64,000 nucleotides of DNA from the human T2T-CHM13v2.0 reference genome, Homo sapiens. The stretch lies in the NCBI RefSeq assembly GCF_009914755.1, contig NC_060940.1; one strand, 5' to 3'. The notes beneath the pieces were generated by a model. That model was not told the origin of the DNA and did not search any database. It saw nothing but the letters and a program-made list of their open reading frames with translations. Below are positions 59,616-64,000 of the stretch, one piece after another; position 1 is the stretch's first letter, and each line of letters begins with the position of its first letter. The translations under genes and the position numbers were made by a program.

Positions 59616-60284
59616 TGCAGTGGAGCACCTTGCTAAGAGTATTGAAAAATGAGTGTAATTTGTCCTGTCATGGTTGGTGCCTTTAAGCATTCTACATGTC
59701 ACATGTTGTTATGTAAATTCTCTCTGAGACTGAATGCTGGAGAACAGAGAAATGGTTACAGCCAAAGATGTATTTCTGATGATTGCAAACATCTGGTTAT
59801 TAAGGAGGTTGGACCACATTTGCCCCTTGAATTCCTCCACAGAAAGAAGTGAGGTTTTCATACATAAAAATCACTGGGGTCGTCTTGCTCGCCTCCCCAG
59901 GGATATCTTGGCTTCAAGGGTCACGAACCTTTGCCTGCAAAGAGAAAATTAGGTGTTGAGTCACATGCAAACATACAAGAATTAATGAAATTGGAGTTAA
60001 GATGCGTTGCAGTTGCGTTTTCCAAAATGGCATTTGCCTTCCTTTCTCCTCTGTGGGAACAATGCAGATTAGTTTGTTTCCCATTGCCAATTTGGTCCTT
60101 CTCTGCACAGACTTTGATATTGCCAGGCGAATGTCAAGGAATGGTGTGAATGCTCAGTAAAAGAAAAAAAAAAATGATACTGGTGTGTTTGGTGGCAGTC
60201 TTGAAATGCTAGTCTGTCCCTCTTTTAAGGCTCCTGCTAGAATATTCTTGCACCTCTGCAGCCAGGGAGAAAGGGATACCTCCA

Positions 60285-60465
60285 AGGCAGTGGCCCTAGA
60301 CCAGGGGACATTTGCAAGGTCTAGAGACATTTTTGGTTGTCACAACAGGAATGGAGAGATGCTATGTCCTCTATTGGGTAGAGTCTAGGGATGTTGTTTG
60401 ACAGCCCCCAACAAGAAAGAATTATCAGACTCAAAGTCAGTCATGCTGCAGCTGAGAAACCCTGC
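60285..60465 (+). mobile_element. MER20
   Basis: CCAGGGGACATTTGCAAGGTCTAGAGACATTTTTGGTTGTCACAAC...GCTGAGAAACCCTG. Confidence 0.8.
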
Positions 60466-61957
60466 TCTATGTTAAATTCAGCGATCCCCAGAAAGCCTGG
60501 CACTAGGCTTCCCTGGCCAGTGACTGGCTTTCTGGTGTGTAGAAGAAAATATGGCTGCATTTAAGACTGTGTGAAAAGGGTTAAATGCCCTTTTCATAGC
60601 TCTGTTGCTTGTAAATCTTTCAGAAAATCTACATTAGCCTAGATCATCTATTATACTCATGACAAAAAGAAACACTTTTTTTCATTACATATTCATTCTA
60701 AACCAGAGCATTTGAAATGTTTGTTTCAAAAATAAACGCAATAAAGTTAATGGTAAAAAGAAATGAGAGTAGGTAAAACCATCAGAGAAGGGAAAGTTAA
60801 GGAAAAGTAGTAAGACAAAGTCCATCAAATTTCTTGTGTAGTCATTTGAATTGGGTCAACTTTGAGCTTCTTGGACAAAACAAGAGCTCTCTCTATGCAT
60901 ACACATATTTTAACTGAAAAGACGGTGGATAGTAACAAACCAACAATGAACTGGCTATAAATTCTCCCTAATGCCTGTCAAATGTATTTGTATGTCTTAA
61001 GCCTTTTATGTGACCATGCAATATAAGGAGTTGTCGATAGTATAATTTTTATCTCTGGTATCACAGCAATGAGCCCATTTTATGGATCCAGAAATGTAAA
61101 AATAAAGATTTGTTATTCCCAAGATCATGTAATGAGTTATGAAGGAAAAAGAAAATCCCAAGTTACCTTTGGGCTCATGCAATTACTAAAGCAAGATTTG
61201 TATGCTATAAATGCAAAATTGCACTTATACCACATTCGTTTGAAAATTGTTCTCAGTACATGGGAGTTGAAGGGTTTTAGTATATCTACCATCAGTATCT
61301 CACTACTATATTGAAGAGCAAAAGAAACAATAGAGGAAAATTATATGGTTTATCCTCACATGACCAATTTATAAACATCTCAGAATGACACACCTGCTGT
61401 AAAATCAAAATTAAATTAGCTAACTTATAATGAACATGCTCTTTGCTGGGAATAACCATGCATAACTAATTAATGCCATGTTTCACCAGGGAGAGACACA
61501 GGCATTTCCAAATGATGAAACAATGTGTTTGGGATGAAAATTAATTTTAATATTCCAGCAATATCTGTGATCAGTTTGGTTATAGTGGTGGATTGTGCCT
61601 CCTTGCTGATAATAGTATGGCTGGCATTCTAAAGCCATACTTGGAAGCAAGATCAAATTCTCAGCAGAGAAGCAGGAGCCCCAGCAGGACTAAGATTGCA
61701 AGCATTCATGTCTGCAATAACCTATTAGAGCAAGGTACTGGTCAAAAAGAAGGAAATTCGTCTTGTTGCCTGGGTGTTTCACTGGATTACAGACTCCTGG
61801 GAATGAATTGGCACGGAATGAAAAACTTTGAGGCCACCATCTTAGAGGTTTCCTTTTCCTGTGGAATAAACAGATTAGGTTGCAGGAGATGGCAAGGGGA
61901 TGGCTCCTCTTGGAAAGGAAGAGAGCAGAGTGGGACCCAGGGCAGGAGCTGGCTGGA

Positions 61958-62025
61958 AGAGCAAGAACCCCTATCTTGTGTTCAGGGAGAGCAAGAACCC
62001 CTATGTTGTGTTCAGGGAAAGCAAG
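61958..62025. repeat. 30-bp tandem repeat x2.3
   Basis: AGAGCAAGAACCCCTAT(C/G)TTGTGTTCAGGG twice plus AAAGCAAG. Confidence 0.9.
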
Positions 62026-62821
62026 TAGCATAGAGGTTAGAAATACTTGTTTTCAGAAAGTAACATCATCAGGATTCAGGTGGTCCAGAGAGCAGATTTC
62101 CTGTAGCCTTTTATCTCTAAATTCCTTTGGAGGAAAACTAAGATTTGACTGACGTCTTTACCCCAGCCCAGTGCAGCTCACCCTATGACTCACACCTATT
62201 GTGTTTTAGGCACTGTTGTGTGCTGAAGAGACAAATGGCACCTTGAGAGGTATTTCTTCTGGTTGGGGCAGGGGGTGACATACAAGCCAACAATTTCAAT
62301 AAATGTGATAAGTGATACAAGAGGATATTGTGTGAACACTAGGGAAAGGTCCTTAGCCCAGCTTGGGTGTTTACAGAAGGCATCCCAGAAGAGAAGAAAT
62401 ATGGGGTATATATAAGTCCAAACATTTCCTAAATTGCCACAGTGAAATCTTATCCTGTGACCCCTCCTCCACCCACACCCCCAGCAATCTCCATCTTTTC
62501 TAAGATGTCACCTAACCAACTACATTTAAGAATTTGTTTCCACTGTCACCAATTGAAGGCATATCTGCCAACCTAAATCTGTTCTTCCTGAAGTATCCAA
62601 TATGAATCTATATTGTTACTAAAATACCAGTCAAAAAGGTGTCCTAGGTCCATGCATGGCTTCCACATTTTCTTCCTCCTGGGAGATTGAAGAAAATATC
62701 CTTTAGGATCTCCATGGCTACCTTTATGGAAGCTTGGGTAACCCTTGGAGATATCCAACATAAAGATAGTCACACCAGTAGAGTCCCTAAGGATGCCCTA
62801 CATTCATCCATTTCCTTTTAA

Positions 62822-63112
<291 letters not shown>

Positions 63113-64000
63113 CAGACATTCATCAATTTCCTTTTATTGATTTGCCTTTTCCTTCCATGTCTTGATATTTTCTGAAGCCCTTCCATGCAGCTGAAGAACA
63201 TCGGTTATGAAGAGGCCCTTTTTTGTCTCACATGCCTAAATAGAAACCTCTTGGGACATTAACACATGATCATTCCTCCAGGGGTAGGGAAAGTTGTGGA
63301 CCATGGTGGGATCATAGGTACAAGTGGAAAACCCTGTACCAAACCAACCAACTCCCAATTGATTGCCAACATCAATTGAATGAGACTGAAGAGTTAGAAA
63401 GTAATGTCTACATAGTCTATGGAATTTTACAGTCCTAGGAAGACACTGGATTTAAGGTAAATAAGACTGGGCCCCAATATTCTACCCATACTGGCTTGGA
63501 TAGCTTACTTAACGTCTATAGACACAGTTTGCTTAAGCGAGAGTGGGGGATATATCTGCCCCCATAGAGTCGATAGAGGGTGAAGCAGGGAAATCCATGT
63601 AAGGTGACAACTTGGTCCATCTTATGACATGCATTCAGTGAACTGTACCTACTGTTCTCCAGGTTGATGAACTTAGCGACTTTATTAACCACCCACAGTC
63701 TTCTTTCTCAACATCCCCCTTTTGCTTGTGGTTGAGTACAAAAGAAGATCCCATGTCTCTCCCTCTATGCATTATTTATCTTTGCTAGGGGGCACTTGCA
63801 GTTTCACAGACCTCCATTTCCTTCAAGCCACAGAAATGGTTGAGGCACTTGCATTGCTTATGGAATATGTAGATTGAAAATACAATATTGAGTAGGGAAC
63901 AGTCACAGAGCAGAGTAGAGTTTTCCTTATTTCTCCTTGCATTTGATCCTGGACTCAATTTGACTGAGAAGCCACAATGCCCAGTCTAGCTTCCTATGAC

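Noticed and set aside
61958-62025. CRISPR-like 30-bp repeats
   Set aside because: Head-to-tail with no spacers, only ~2 units, eukaryotic context.

Overview
Primate (very likely human) genomic DNA from the interior of RBFOX1 (A2BP1/FOX1), transcribed on the + strand. Five coding exons can be read directly with canonical AG/GT boundaries and consistent phases: 1043-1135 (93 nt, second half of the RRM), 2850-2910 (61 nt), 12756-12809 (54 nt), 36095-36175 (81 nt) and 59338-59470 (133 nt). Spliced, they encode [141 protein letters not shown]. The rest is intron with about 18 Alus, MIR/L2/L1 fragments, hAT-type DNA transposons and solo LTRs. Almost all ORFs in the supplied track are spurious. The most information-rich part is the essentially transposon-free first ~3.3 kb. 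There, RBFOX's own binding motif (TGCATG) sits inside both splice sites of the RRM exon, which is the known autoregulation. Around it I see several candidate extra control elements, all untested: a 68-nt candidate exon with a perfect donor, a strong stop-containing acceptor with a poly(A)-like signal, a 21-bp near-perfect palindrome, and a 5' splice site regenerated at an exon-exon junction. A hairpin/G-quadruplex switch holding GCATG motifs lies downstream of the 81-nt exon. Repeat boundaries and subfamily names are by eye and approximate. No prokaryotic-type system, RNA gene or CRISPR array is supported.
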